DNA of 63,856 nt, filler included, from Octopus bimaculoides (GCF_001194135.2; 5 parts of 5 records of this genome joined end to end with filler, not necessarily neighbours in it), one strand, 5' to 3'. Shown: positions 1 through 12,360, counted from the first letter of the whole stretch. Numbers and translations: made by a program. The notes: generated by a model from the sequence alone, not told the origin.

Positions 1-361
1 TATATATATATATATATATATGCATATATAATTTTAAATATATATGCATATATATATGAGCATGTGTGTGTGTGTGTGGGTGTGTGTGTGTGCGTGCGTT
101 CGTGTAGCGTTTAGCTTAATATATCACTTCCTAAGGTGTTATCATTATTATCTAAGATGTTATCATATTTGATGGCTATGAAAGTTTACACACACACACA
201 CACATACATACTTACATGCACATATAGTAGTTTGCTTGCAAGATTCTTGATGTGAATCCATGCGTTGAAACAGATTTTATTGTATGTTAGGAGGGTCATT
301 GTGCCAATAACAAACACGCCTTGGTTTTTATTACTTCTTTTATTATCATTAAATCAGCTTA

Positions 362-580
362 AGGCAGTGAGCTGGCAGAATCGTCAGCACGTCGACGGGT
401 CATATGCTTTGCGGCATTTCGCCCGTCTCTACGTTCTGAGTTCAAATTCCGCCGAGGTTGACTTTACCTTTCATCCCCTTTGGAGATCGATAAAATAAGT
501 AGAAGGTGAGCACCGGGGTAGATGTAATCGACTTACATCCTCTTCCGAAATTGCTGGCCTTGTGCCAAAATGTGAAACGG
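362..580 (+). mobile_element. SINE family A (pol III head), tail type i
   Basis: A-box TGGCAGAATCG, B-box GAGTTCAAATTCC, tail gctggccttgtgccaaaa; many homologous copies in the window. Confidence 0.85.
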
Positions 581-970
581 GTTTAATCGGTTACATCGGC
601 TCCAGTGTTCAAATGGCACTCATTTTATCAACCCCGATTGAATGAAAGGGAATGTCACCCTCGACAGAACTTGAACTTAAAACTCGTTGCTTGGTAGACT
701 CGAGGCTGTCCGACGTGTCGTGAATCCCTTTGGTGTATTAGAAGCAAATGAATGATAAACAGACGATGGATAGATGTCAGCTCATTACAGTAAGGAAACG
801 GCTGTAATGAACGGACATTTATCCATCGTCTGTTATTATTCATTTGCTTTTGTGTGTGTGTGTGAGTGTGTGTGTGTGCGTGCTTGCGTATATATATATA
901 TATATATATGAAAGCGAGAGAGAGTACCATGCTGTGCTATTAAGTTAAACATGGCTTGTTTTAGTTGACG

Positions 971-1320
971 TAACAGATTGTCCAAATTACCTTTCTGCTT
1001 GTTTAGTTTATAAAATCATTTTCCGAATAAAAATGTATTTTAAATTTTATTCCTCTTTTCATTCATCTGCCCAACTTTATAGCGTTGAGTCAAAACTTTT
1101 GCCATGTTTTGGTAACTTATTTGCTTTATTTGTCAAGTTAGAACTAAATCAGCCAAGCATTCAAAGTTTAGGCCATCGTGTTGCACAATCTGATTCCAGT
1201 TCTTGTACTTCGAAGCGAATAACTTCTTCACTGGAGCCTCTACCTCTTCTTGGTTGATGAAATGTCGCAAGCACAGGAAGTGAGCCATGGATCGGAACAC
1301 ATTATACACCGAGGGATCCC
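971..1320 (-). mobile_element. mariner transposase 3' remnant
   Basis: Minus-strand translation PSVYNVFRSMAHFLCLRHFINQEEVEAPVKKLFASKYKNW..IVQHDGLNFE resembles the mariner C-terminus (PSDYHLFRSMAHFL...FFASK...GxYFE) with an internal deletion. Confidence 0.7.
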
Positions 1321-1321
1321 A

Positions 1322-2065
1322 ATAATTACAGGTATAAACCTGAACTTGTAATCTGAATAGAGTAACTGCAAGTTCCTCAATAGTTCAGCAGAGGTGGTCT
1401 CTTTTTCGTTGATCTTCAGCTTTATGTTAACGCCCGTTGGGCAGCTGATTTTCACAATTGTGCACGGTTTTTCTTCTCTATCCCAAATCATTATATCAGG
1501 TCTCTTGTGCTTACATTTTATTGAGGTCTTCACTGGGACATTCCACCAGTATTCCTTTTTGTTATGAGTGGCTATGGCTTCTACCATATTGTAGATTCTT
1601 ATTTTTTCTGTCTTCGGATTATCCTTCCGACGGATTTCATTATAGAGTGTCCTAGCTACAACATCATGTCACATCGGTAGATAATACCGTGATGACATTT
1701 TCGGAGAACTACTTATGATGTGGATGATAACTTCAGTGTAAACTCCACAAAGTCTGCATCGGCTGTCACATTTTACTACTTTTCCTGCATCTCTGTCCCT
1801 TTTGTGCATCAGGTATTTGATTGATATTTCCTGTTCCTGGATGGCAAACGCATACTCTTCAAAGAAAGAGGTAGTAATCCAGTTGTTGGTCCATGAGAGT
1901 CTGCTTTGATGATCAATGGTACTGTCATCACGGAGTTTTCTACTAACATAGCCATGCATGGTCTTCTGCTCATGTACGCTCATCCTTTCATCTGATTTTA
2001 CCTTGCGGTATCAGTGTGTGTGTGATGCACTTGATGCCATCTTAGATACAGTTGTTAATAAGATC
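1322..2065 (-). mobile_element. Non-LTR retrotransposon remnant with restriction-like endonuclease (R2/R4 group), C-terminal part
   Basis: CRLCGVYTEVIIHIISS zinc knuckle, RHDVVA, RPDIMIWD..ISCP and FIPVIIG motifs across ORFs 1669-1983 and 1240-1587; frameshifted. Confidence 0.85.
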
Positions 2066-3024
2066 TGAAATACATATGTATAAAAAATGAACGATTTCAG
2101 AACGTACCATGGATTGTTTTGGTGCTTTGAGAAATGCCATTCATAAAACTGAACATATCCGGCCAATTGATAGAATAACAAAAGTTAGTCGTGGGACAAT
2201 AACCGACCTTCAAAGTTTCCCACGTTGGGTCAAACTTCACTGTTCGTCCTTACAAATGTGTTACTTTCTTTGTCACTGAATATCTTAAGACGTTTTGTTT
2301 ATGGTTGTTGCGATCGAGACAGACGATTCCTTACATTGGCAATATTTTTGTTTATTTTTCTGTTTCGGTTTGTATTGCTTAATGTTTAATATATTCGCAT
2401 CGCAACAAAGAGATCCTATGTTCGATCTCAATGCGTGGCATCTTGGGCAAATGTAATTTTCTACAGCTTCAGGCTGATCTATACTTTATGACTGATATTG
2501 GTTAAACAGAAACTGTATAAAGCCCGTTGGTTGGACTACACCTGCAATTCAAAAAGGTGCAGCTTTGTCAGTCACTGCCTAAAAAATACAAAGTTGATTG
2601 CTTTTTGTGCTGTTTTTCTTATAACAGAATGCTCTTTATCCATCGAGTATATAATAGACTTATATCTCATATATGTAACACACTGAGTTGAGAAACTTGG
2701 ATTAGCTGTAAATTATTCAAGCAGTTGGTAGACACAAACTGCCCCGAGGGAATTTTTTAAATCTAAAACAACAAACAGGGCCATAACTCCAATGATAAAT
2801 GCAGTATAGGGGTAGATCTGATCTTTTTAAGCTAACTGGCGAAAACAACGAAGGTTCTCTGGTTATCATTAGACCGTTTCAGCGAAGAGTATTTTTTCTC
2901 TGTTGGCCAGACTAACAGTGATCTATCTATCTGTCTGTAGATAGATAAATAAATTGATAGGTAGGTCGATATATATATATATATATATATATANNNNNNN
3001 NNNNNNNNNNNNNNNNNNNNNNAT

Positions 3025-3500
3025 TATTGCTTTGAGTTGGTCCTTGTATCTTCGAAGAAGGCAACCCAGTGGTCTTTTCCCTGAAATGAGCTCACTGAAT
3101 AAGACTCGGCGTGGGTAACCGTGACTCTTCCATTCTTGCTACATGTGTCTTGACCATCGAAGACCGAGTTTCATGATCAGCGATTCGATGCTTTGGCTGT
3201 TAGCTCTTTCCAGGACTGATTGTTGGTCACATTATGTTCGCATTTGATGCTTAAGATCGAACGTTAATGACACAAAATGGCACTCAAAGACCGTCTGGAC
3301 CGAGCATATGCCTTACTTCCCCCCTCCCTCTGTTCAACATTTTCGCAGTGTCATTGTTGATGTGAAAGTTACCAGTCAATATTACTGTCTGTTCAGTCCT
3401 GATATCCAAGTTGTGGACCTTTTCAAATATCCACTTGAATATCTCACATATTGCTGCTAGCATTGGCATTGCGAAGGTATTGTGGGATATGGTGTTCTTG
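3025..3500 (-). mobile_element. RTE-clade LINE 3' remnant
   Basis: Frameshifted translation RSILSIK..NVTNN.VLERANSQSIESLIMKLGLRWSRHVARMEESRLPRRVLFSELISGKRPLG..RRYKDQLK matches the RTE/BovB post-RT region. The upstream limit is uncertain. Confidence 0.7.
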
Positions 3501-6500
3501 ACTTGCATCTCTTCCGAAGTCTGCTGGATTATCCTTTTGCCACTTTAGCTTTACTCACAGCACCAACATATGCGATAATCTCGTCGATTCTAAGTTACTC
3601 GTAGCTTTCTTCGCCAGGGATTAGCGAGACAGACAGGCTATTGGTATCCATAATCCTTGCCTTGTCGATAATTTGAATTGGTTACCGAGGGTTGCCCTAC
3701 AGAAAGCCAGCTTTCTATACCAATAATTAACTCACAGGTCTCTCCCATGTGATTTTCTGCTCGGTTGTTTTGCAACAACTGTCCGGAGAGTTTGATTCGC
3801 TTNNNNNNNNNNCTCATCTAACCACGTTGCAACACTGTTGCGTTGGGCGGATATGTAGCAGTGCCGTCTTAAGGCATGGACACAAGTCTATAAGTCAAAT
3901 GTTAATTCGTCAGCTTTCGTTGTGTCTGGGGAGATTCCAGTGCATTACTTTCCTCGGGGGCCTTTAAGGTTAAGACGGGATCGGTGGGGAAGTGAGAGAG
4001 CTGTGATATTTGACTACAAGACATATGATTATTAGTTTACATTTTTTGAGCCAATGAAATAGCAACCAAATCACCCTCAAACAATAAGTTCCTTATAATA
4101 AACAAGGACACATTGAATGGTGTAATCTTAGATGTAACATATAAAAAGAAGGACGAGATACAGGTGGGAAACTTTTAACCATAGATCTGATCGATTAATT
4201 CCAGCCTAGGGTTTAACACCAACAACGTGACCATAAACACAACTTTCTTACACTTAGACAAGAATTTCTATGCAAAATACATAATAGTCATATCATTGCA
4301 TATAAACTTGAGTTTACTTAAAAGTAATTTTTTTCCCCATTTATATTAAACCCAGATATTCTCGAAGTCACGTGTGTTTCATTTGACACTTGAGCCAAAA
4401 CAAACGACTCATTTTACTCGTTTTTCACTCTTTATTTTTTTGCTTTTTGTTATGGTTGTTGTTTTTAGCAAGTTATGAACGTATTTCTTTTCTTGTTTTT
4501 CTCTCTTTTCACACTTGTCCTTTATTATAGTTTCTCCTTTCCTTCATACATTCTCTCCTATCTTTCTCTCTGTCTCTTTTTTTTTATCTTACTTTTTCTT
4601 TCTTTCTTTTTTTCCCCATAATTTCGTTTTTCTTTCTTTCTATCTTTGTCTTTCCTCACCTCTCTTATCTTGATATCTGTTTCGTTTTCTGTTTTATTAT
4701 TTTTCTTAGCATTTTCTTTCCAAAGGATGAAATTACTTAGTCGTTCTGTATAATATTTGTATATTTCTGGTATTTATTTTATAAGTCAGGGTTTCCAGCC
4801 TACTCATTCTTCCCGTATAACATTTTCAAAACTGAAAGCCGTGAAATCCAGGTTTACTGACATATCTCCTACATCAAATATTTAAGATTTCATTAACAAA
4901 CGTTAAAGTGGCCATTACCAAGCTTGATGGAGGATTTCGTCCTTATATATATCTCACTATATATATTCAAAATGGAATTTATTTGCCTCAGTCGTTAAAA
5001 TGTCAAATCAAATTTAAATCCTATCTTTTTAGCGATAACTAAATATGCATCTTAATGACCTACACGTCATTTTCGTTTTGCAACCATGATATACAAAGTA
5101 TATTAAACGCTTTTATCAGTCAATACTGTGTTCTATTGTGTTAGCAGTGCTCTTACATTATTTGTTAAAGTTATTTCTGTTGATTTTCTATAGAAATTAT
5201 AACCAACACTGATTTTGTTACGACGTTTCGTATCCGAGACGCCTAATGTAAACAGCAATGAGATCGAAAATGAAAAATGGATAATCTCTACAAAATTTCT
5301 ATCGAAAATCTGTAGAGATAACCTTAACAAATAAAAAACGTACCATTTTACCATTTACTGCCAGGTCTCCACTTTGAGAATACCTTACGCCTTCCACCCC
5401 ACTAGTACGGAAAACCCTTGAAAAAAGGGTTGAAGAACCCTTGCAAAAAGTCTTGAGTGCTGACAAAAAGATTACAAAAAAATATGACTTATTTTGGTAA
5501 TTCTACGATGCAGCCCTCCTCTAAATTTGATTCTTCAAATTAGTCTATTTCATACGAAAAGGTTCAGCATCGCTGATCTTAATTATGTCGAATTTTCTCT
5601 CTTCATGTTCCATATGTACGACTGCAGGACGTAGCACCATTCCAAAATCTGAAGGTTCATGAGTTTTCTTGAGAAATATAAAGGCACAGCCGAGGTTTCC
5701 CGTTGTCTTCTGTCAGTTTATTTTGTAAAGAGTTTACTCTGGTAAAACGAGGGAATTGGTTAACCTGGCCCCAGGGCATAGTGACACACTGATGGCTTTG
5801 TGTGACGTGACGATTGTCCAGCTTTCCCTGAGTACAGTATGCTTCAAGCCACCGGAACAGATGCTCCAGCTTGACTCATACCTGGGCCTTTGACAGGAAC
5901 TCCCGACCCGGGACCAAAGCGGACCTGGATGCAGTGGGAACTAATCGCTAACTCCATATTCTCTTAAACTCCTGAACTCTCACCATCGGATACAGTTTAA
6001 TGTCTTGCCTCGCTCTTACACACTCATACACATATATATTCGTACAGGCACACACACACGTGCGTTGTGTTCTTGAGCAAAAAATTTCATATCATGTTCC
6101 CCCAGTTCACCCAGCTGTAAATGGGTCGCCCACTAACGGAACAGCCTTCCGATCAGATGGGTATGTTGGTCTGCTCGCCTAACTAGAGTGCGTGGCGTCA
6201 TTCGGAAGCCAGAACAATGCAAAACGCATTGTGACCAGCGATGTGACCATTGTGACAACATCCGATAGTCAGGTCGATATCGTGGTACTATCATATGCCA
6301 TATAATATATATATATATGATTAGGTGTAACATACCTATTCTGCGCAGTCTGAATAAAATATTTCTTTCGTCGTTAATTCGTGTGTCACTCTTTTCCAAC
6401 TCTCGACAACTTATTTCCAGTTTACCAGCGAGCGGTGTTAGCGGTGTTGATGTTGGTGGCGGTGGTTGCAATGGTGGTGGTTGCAATGGTGTTGGTGGCG

Positions 6501-6709
6501 GTGGTGGTAGTGGTGTTATTTTATCCACTGAACGCTACAGAAACCGGACATAAGCTGTTGTTCTACCAATCCTCACAATGTTTGAAATAGCAACCATATC
6601 TTCCTAAAAACATATGATACGGCGTTGGAAAAAAACGGGGAGGAGACACACACATACCAGATAATGTTACTTGAGATGATTTATGTATCAAGATAAGAGC
6701 AAAAAGTAA

Positions 6710-6885
6710 AATGGCACTCCGTCGGCAACGACGACAAGGGTTCCAGTTGGTCCGGTCGTTGGAACAGCCTGCTCGTGAAATTAACGTGCAAGTGGCTGAG
6801 TACTCCACAGACACGCATGCCCTTAATGTAGTCCCCAGGGAGATTCAGTGTGACGCAGAATGCAACAAGGCTGGTCCTTTGAATT
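6710..6885 (-). mobile_element. SINE family C, 3' part
   Basis: Homologous to 23660-24039 (ggaacagcctgctcgtgaaattaacgtgcaagtggctgag). Confidence 0.8.
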
Positions 6886-7627
6886 ACAACTACTGCTTAT
6901 TTTTGCCAGCTGAGTGAACAGGAGCAACGTGAAATAGAGTGTCTTGCTCAAGGACATAACACGCTACCAGGAATCAAATTCTACCAGGAATGTGGATGGT
7001 GGTGGTGGTGGTGATCGTGGTAGCGAGTCTCATTTCATCGAAAGAGATGGAACACCTTTGGAAGATTTCGTTTTTCTATCGGGGTATGTAAATATATGTA
7101 TGTGCCTACAAACGCGTGTGTGTTGTTAATGCGTAGATGTGTTTTCGGCATATACGTACTTGTTCGTGATGCTCCTAAGTATATGTGGTCCTGTGAACAG
7201 ATCTAATGTTTACAAGTACTAACGAATCTACCCATCTACGATGGAGGCATAACATGAGGGAGGGAAATCATAACAGCTGTAAGTTTAGAGAAATATGTAA
7301 ATGGACCTGAGAGATTACTGGGTGATGTCTTAGAGAAATCACATTATTGTTGGTGATACGACATTCTATTGTAGCTATATGACATGTGCTTGCGACTAAG
7401 TGACATGTGATGACGATTCACTCCTGAACTGAAATAGGTTCCCAGCCTCTGCATCACGAATGATTATGTGGACCACTCTTAGCGAAAGCCAGCGCTTCCT
7501 TCGACCACTACATAAAAAGTATTAAGGAAAAAATGCTATTTAGATATACTTTTATTTTAGTTGTTTACACTATTTTACGCTTGTTTATACTCTTATATAT
7601 TCAAAGTTCACAAATTTCCTTATTTAA

Positions 7628-7793
7628 ATAATGAAACGTATTCCTTTCATTATTTATATTATTTACATTTGACGGATATTTGTCCTCATCTTGTTTGTTG
7701 TTAACACAACGTTTCGGCTGATATATCCTCCAGCCTTCATCAGGTGTCTTGGGGAAATTTCGAACCTGGGTTCTCATTCTTAAGGTATTTTTC
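7628..7793 (-). mobile_element. Short Penelope-LTR-like repeat carrying a minimal hammerhead motif
   Basis: Contains the hammerhead motif at 7703-7748; its downstream part recurs at 43791-43855. Confidence 0.55.
7703..7748 (-). ncRNA. Minimal type I hammerhead ribozyme candidate
   Basis: Minus strand GACAC-CUGAUGA-A-GGCUG(10 nt)CAGCC-GAAAC-GUU-GUGUU: stem I, core, 5-bp stem II and palindromic ACGU in place of stem III. One extra A follows A9. Confidence 0.6.
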
Positions 7794-7984
7794 TCAGAAA
7801 CAGACTACGTACAAATTTGTTCTTCACCACTTCTGAAGCTATTTTCTGACAAGAGGTGGGGAGTCTGGAAATTTTCATACAGCTGGAGGCTCCAATCGAA
7901 ACGGACCCGAGATGATAAGGTTGAGAAACGCTGTTATAGATGATGCCTAACCGAAAACGATCACAGCCACACCATCCAAACAGA

Positions 7985-8012
7985 ACGGGTGAAACCGGGC
8001 TTAGCTGCTAGT
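7985..8012 (+). mobile_element. Possible Helitron 3' terminus
   Basis: GGT-GAA-ACC mini-hairpin followed ~10 nt later by CTAG|T (8008-8012). No 5' end was identified. Confidence 0.35.
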
Positions 8013-8177
8013 ATCTATATATTTACGAATGCTTTTTTATTTTTCTCTTTTTTCTTTCTCTTTTTGTATATATTTGTGTGTTTTTATACATGCTGTAAGT
8101 GCATGTATAAATATTTAAGGACATTCATATATATTTCAATAAGATAATGTATGTTTCATAATTATTTCACTAAAATC

Positions 8178-8198
8178 TTTATTTTTATCTTTTGTAGG
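8178..8198 (+). promoter_or_regulatory. 3' splice acceptor of the LRR coding exon
   Basis: Polypyrimidine tract tttatttttatcttttgtAG|G, with AG at 8196-8197, 15 nt before the ATG. Implies an upstream non-coding exon that was not located. Confidence 0.75.
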
Positions 8199-8212
8199 TG
8201 AAAGGCAACAAA

Positions 8213-9334
8213 ATGGGTTACTTGAAGAGTGTCCTGTTCTGGCTACAACTGATGTTGATAAGCGGTACAGGATCTTTGCCCGTCGAATACTGTCCCAAAT
8301 CATGCGTTTGCAAATCTGGATTTACATCTTGCTCCCGACTGAATGCCTTTCCACTTGATCTGCCTTCCATATCCAAGTCAGTCTTACTCACTGAAATGTC
8401 AATAGAGGAAATCCCAGCAAATGCCATGCTTCGGTTCCCAGATCTAACTCTGTTAAGGATCGAAAACAGTGAGATTCGTGTAATCCGGAGCGATGCGTTT
8501 AAGAACATCTCTAATTTGGAGGAATTGTCGTTTTCTGTTTGTAACATCGACCGAATAGAAACGAACGCTTTCAACCATTTATGGAACCAGACTGTAATCC
8601 AGTTTCATAATGTGACTATCAAAACTATAAAAAGACATGCGTTTAGCAACATATTTAATCTCAGAGAATGGACAATATTCGAATCGACCATTCATGATTT
8701 CCAGACGGAAGCTATTCATCAAGTATCCAATGTCTATACATTCTCCATTTATTCTAATCAGATCGGTCGCTTAGGAACGGCCATCTTTTCTTCCGTAACC
8801 AACGTCAGACATGTTGATTTTTTCATGAACGACATCACCGACATCGGCTGCAATGTGTTCGATTTTTCGACCAATGAGTTCTCCAACTTTGAGTTTTATG
8901 GTAACACATTCACATGCGGCTGCAACTTGTTCGGTTTATCGAAAGGAAAGAAAGCTATATATTATACTTCGTCGTCGTCTTCTACTAAACGAGACTCTCC
9001 CGTTAACAACAAGATGCTTTCAAGGAGAGTTGATTCAGCTGCGTATAATAGCATCTCTCTTGACAAATGGTCATTTGACGAACTTCTTTACCGAAACTGG
9101 TGTGTTTTCAAAGATTTAAAGCAGAAAATATCTTTGGAAAATTACCGCTCTTCGGATGAGGTGATTTGCCAGGACAGCCCTTGTTTCTCATCCAAGGGAT
9201 TAAAAAAAAATATTGACATTTATAGATTGAACAATCGGGAGCCTTCCATACCTGTGGTTAGGAGCGGAAGTGTAATATTATATGGTATTAGCACGTGTTT
9301 TACTTGGTCCTTATTGTTGACATTTGCTTGTTAA
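8213..9334 (+). CDS. Secreted, probably GPI-anchored leucine-rich-repeat protein (373 aa), single coding exon
   Basis: Uninterrupted ORF with first ATG at 8213. Hydrophobic N-terminus MGYLKSVLFWLQLMLISGTGS; LRRNT cap CPKSCVC..C; seven ~24-aa LRRs; LRRCT start FYGNTFTCGC; short hydrophobic C-terminus with no cytoplasmic tail. Family not assignable by eye. Confidence 0.9.
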   Translation: MGYLKSVLFWLQLMLISGTGSLPVEYCPKSCVCKSGFTSCSRLNAFPLDLPSISKSVLLTEMSIEEIPANAMLRFPDLTLLRIENSEIRVIRSDAFKNISNLEELSFSVCNIDRIETNAFNHLWNQTVIQFHNVTIKTIKRHAFSNIFNLREWTIFESTIHDFQTEAIHQVSNVYTFSIYSNQIGRLGTAIFSSVTNVRHVDFFMNDITDIGCNVFDFSTNEFSNFEFYGNTFTCGCNLFGLSKGKKAIYYTSSSSSTKRDSPVNNKMLSRRVDSAAYNSISLDKWSFDELLYRNWCVFKDLKQKISLENYRSSDEVICQDSPCFSSKGLKKNIDIYRLNNREPSIPVVRSGSVILYGISTCFTWSLLLTFAC

Positions 9335-10205
9335 AGAAACGAAGTTATTTACAACTTCGGTTTAATGTCACGTCTGCCGTGCTTAAGACTCCAGTCCTTA
9401 ACTTCTACATATGTTTTCTTATTGAATTTTGTTCTTTTTATTTAAAGAAAAAAACAATTTTCTTACATTTCCCCACCTTTCCTTTCCCCAAATCGTTACA
9501 ACGCCCGTAGAAAAGAAAGCTGTAACCCTGTAAGCACTAACAAATTCTTATAACTCCTTTGTATAACGAAAAGCTTTACTCACTTACTCATTCTCTCTCC
9601 CTCTCCCTCTCTCTCTCTCCCCTCTCTCTCACTCACTCACTCACTCACTCACTCTTACGCGCTGTTCTATCTATCCGACTGGATAGTTTGTTGTGAAAAG
9701 CGTCACATCCGGCATCCATTACACTTCCAATTTATATAATGAATACCGTGTAAATAGCGTTGTGAATACGAACCTCACAACTGTGAATGTGTTCACGCGT
9801 GCGTGTGCGCGTTATTGTTACCTTCAATGTAAAGGTTTACAGATTTGTTTTTGCTTAAAGACTGAATGTTTATGTTACCTGTTTGACCGTTTTTCAGTAA
9901 TTAACTAAATGAGATAAATATTGAATGACTGCCAACAGATGCTTCCCAGAATGTTTCCAGCGGAAACAGTTGATGGGGAAACTATGAAAGATGAAGCATT
10001 TTTTGTTTTGTTAATAATTTAGTTTACAAAAAGTACAAAACAAATAGAAATAACATACATTTATGAATTATTATCAGCTAGTTTTAGAAGAGATGTTAAG
10101 ATACTTTCCGAAGCAAGAATTAGGAACTTTATATTTGCATAAAATGTTTCTAATTATTGCTGAGCACAGCGCAACGCGAAACCCCATATGCGTGTGCGTG
10201 TGTTT

Positions 10206-10287
10206 AGTGAAAGAGGGCGACAGACATCGATATTTCTCAGTCACTTCCATTCTCCAGAAATATCGATGTCTGTCGCCCTCTTTCACT
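10206..10287. repeat. Perfect 32-bp inverted repeat with 18-nt loop
   Basis: agtgaaagagggcgacagacatcgatatttct (10206-10237) is the exact reverse complement of 10256-10287. Confidence 0.95.
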
Positions 10288-12298
10288 TCGGACGCGATTT
10301 CGTTTCGCTTAGTTTTGAGAATGCTGTTTTTTTTTGTTTTTGTTTTAACACGACACCTTTTTAAAGAAGTCTCAGTTGAAACACCGCAGCTTCGAGGTGT
10401 TTGCTTACACATGTACCTTGTTTGTGATATTGATTATATATATATAATAGTAAGATATATATAAGAGTTAGATGTTTGTAATTAGCAATGTCTTCCAGTC
10501 GCTGTTTATATATTAAGCCAACCTATTGCTACAGCAAACAGGTACATCCAATATGTTAACGAACTTTCAGCCGGCAAACGACGTTGATGGCGAAACAACA
10601 TGTCCGCTGTATTCGATAGGAATCTGATCATCTCTATATTTATTTCTTTTTATTCTTTCTTTATTCAAGGACTCTATTTATTTATTTATTTATTTATCTA
10701 TTTATTATTAAATTTTGTCACGTGAAAAAATATGAAAAAAAAAAACCTATCTTCAAAATAACTGAGAATATTTGATATTTGAAAACGCATTTCTTTGGCA
10801 GACGGATTCTCTTTAAAATATTATTTCATTGAAATAAAAATGTGTGATGGGCGGAAGTTGCAGATGGCTGTGCTGTGAAGGTTTCACACAAGCAAATGTG
10901 AGGTGTTGTGTTACGCTGTACCCAAACTGTTCATAATCAAGATACTTAACACTCAACGTCCCAGTCCACTAAGTCGTAAATATGCACCACGTGAATGGAA
11001 TAGTTCAGTTATGTAGGAGGCAAGGCGGTGCTGTAAATATGCGGTAACGACTCCACCCACTGTCTCCGGCTGATGCGGTTAGGAGTCAGGTCACATTTGT
11101 CTCGTAACCGAACGAAGATGATCACTATTGGTGTAAACTTTTAATAATAAATTATTACATTGATTTGATTAGCTATCAGCAATTAGATCGATTCTAAAAT
11201 GGAGAAATAGAAATAAAAATAAAAGAACGGTAAAGGTTTCATCGTCAGACTCATGAATCATCGAATACTAAACTAACATTCTTGTTCGCTACTGTAATTT
11301 GTATCTTTTTATCTGCACCATATATTTATATATATAATATATATACTCACACACACGCACACACACACATTTCATTGAATAGTGTTCTACAAAGACCAGT
11401 AAACGAGAGGTTTACAGTTGTTTAGTCGTACTATAAAATATAATACTAAACAACACGACCATTTTCTTTTTGCTCCCAATCACGAACTACGTCAAATCTC
11501 TTTTATTCACGTCTTCATGACGTAACACTTATTTTGAAATAAGTTGCCTATATTCTTTAATCTATTCACCGATTATCTTATTTCGATCGATGAATAATTT
11601 TAAACCTGTCAACTATTTATAATAAAAGACAAAATAGTGTATTATGTGTTTCAGTTGGTAAATTCGATGTTTGAATAAAGGTGACCCATTTTAGAACATG
11701 CATACCATGAACAGACAGACTGTAGTCGCTTCTCATTCAGTCAACGTTAATAGATTAACTATTCACAAAAATTGTGATTTTAAGATATTATTGTTATAAA
11801 AATAGAATTAAACGCCCCGCCCAGTTATATTTCATTCAACTTTCCCAGTCAACAATCGGAGTGTCCACGATACGTTAGAAACAGTTGTCAAATCTCAAAA
11901 CATACTCTACTGTCTTAAAAAAGAAGGACACATTGGACCAGTTCCACAAAATATTAAAAGACGGTATTTTCATGAATGAACCTCATTTGACCCTAGCTAG
12001 TCTTATTCAGAGCTAATCCGAGGATAAGCGACAACTATATTACAGTTAACTTCTCCGAGGTCGATGTAATTGCCCCCCCCCCTCCATCTTCCACCATCTC
12101 CATCACCCCACCCCCGTAAATTTCTGACTTTGCTCTAAAATTTGAAACTTCTTTTTATAAACTAAAGCTAAGGCGGCGTTCTGACAGAAAAATCATTAGC
12201 ACGACGGACATATGTGTCTCTTCTGTTTATATGCATACGTATATAACATACATACATTCATATATATATATATATATATATAACATACATACATTCGT

Positions 12299-12356
<58 letters not shown>

Positions 12357-12360
<4 letters not shown>

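Noticed and set aside
5205-5260. GAAACGTC hammerhead half-motif on the minus strand
   Set aside because: There is no CUGANGA core or stem II upstream.
6133-6590. Proline-rich or Gly-rich ORFs
   Set aside because: They are translations of a (GGT/GGC)n microsatellite with no domain.
8198-8212. GTG start given by the ORF track (MKGNK...)
   Set aside because: GTG begins exactly at a splice acceptor. In a eukaryote, the ATG at 8213, which opens a signal peptide, is the sensible start.
9749-11039. TGTAAATA Pumilio-type motifs at 9749 and 11032 in the putative 3' UTR
   Set aside because: An AT-rich 8-mer is expected by chance; there is no conservation evidence.
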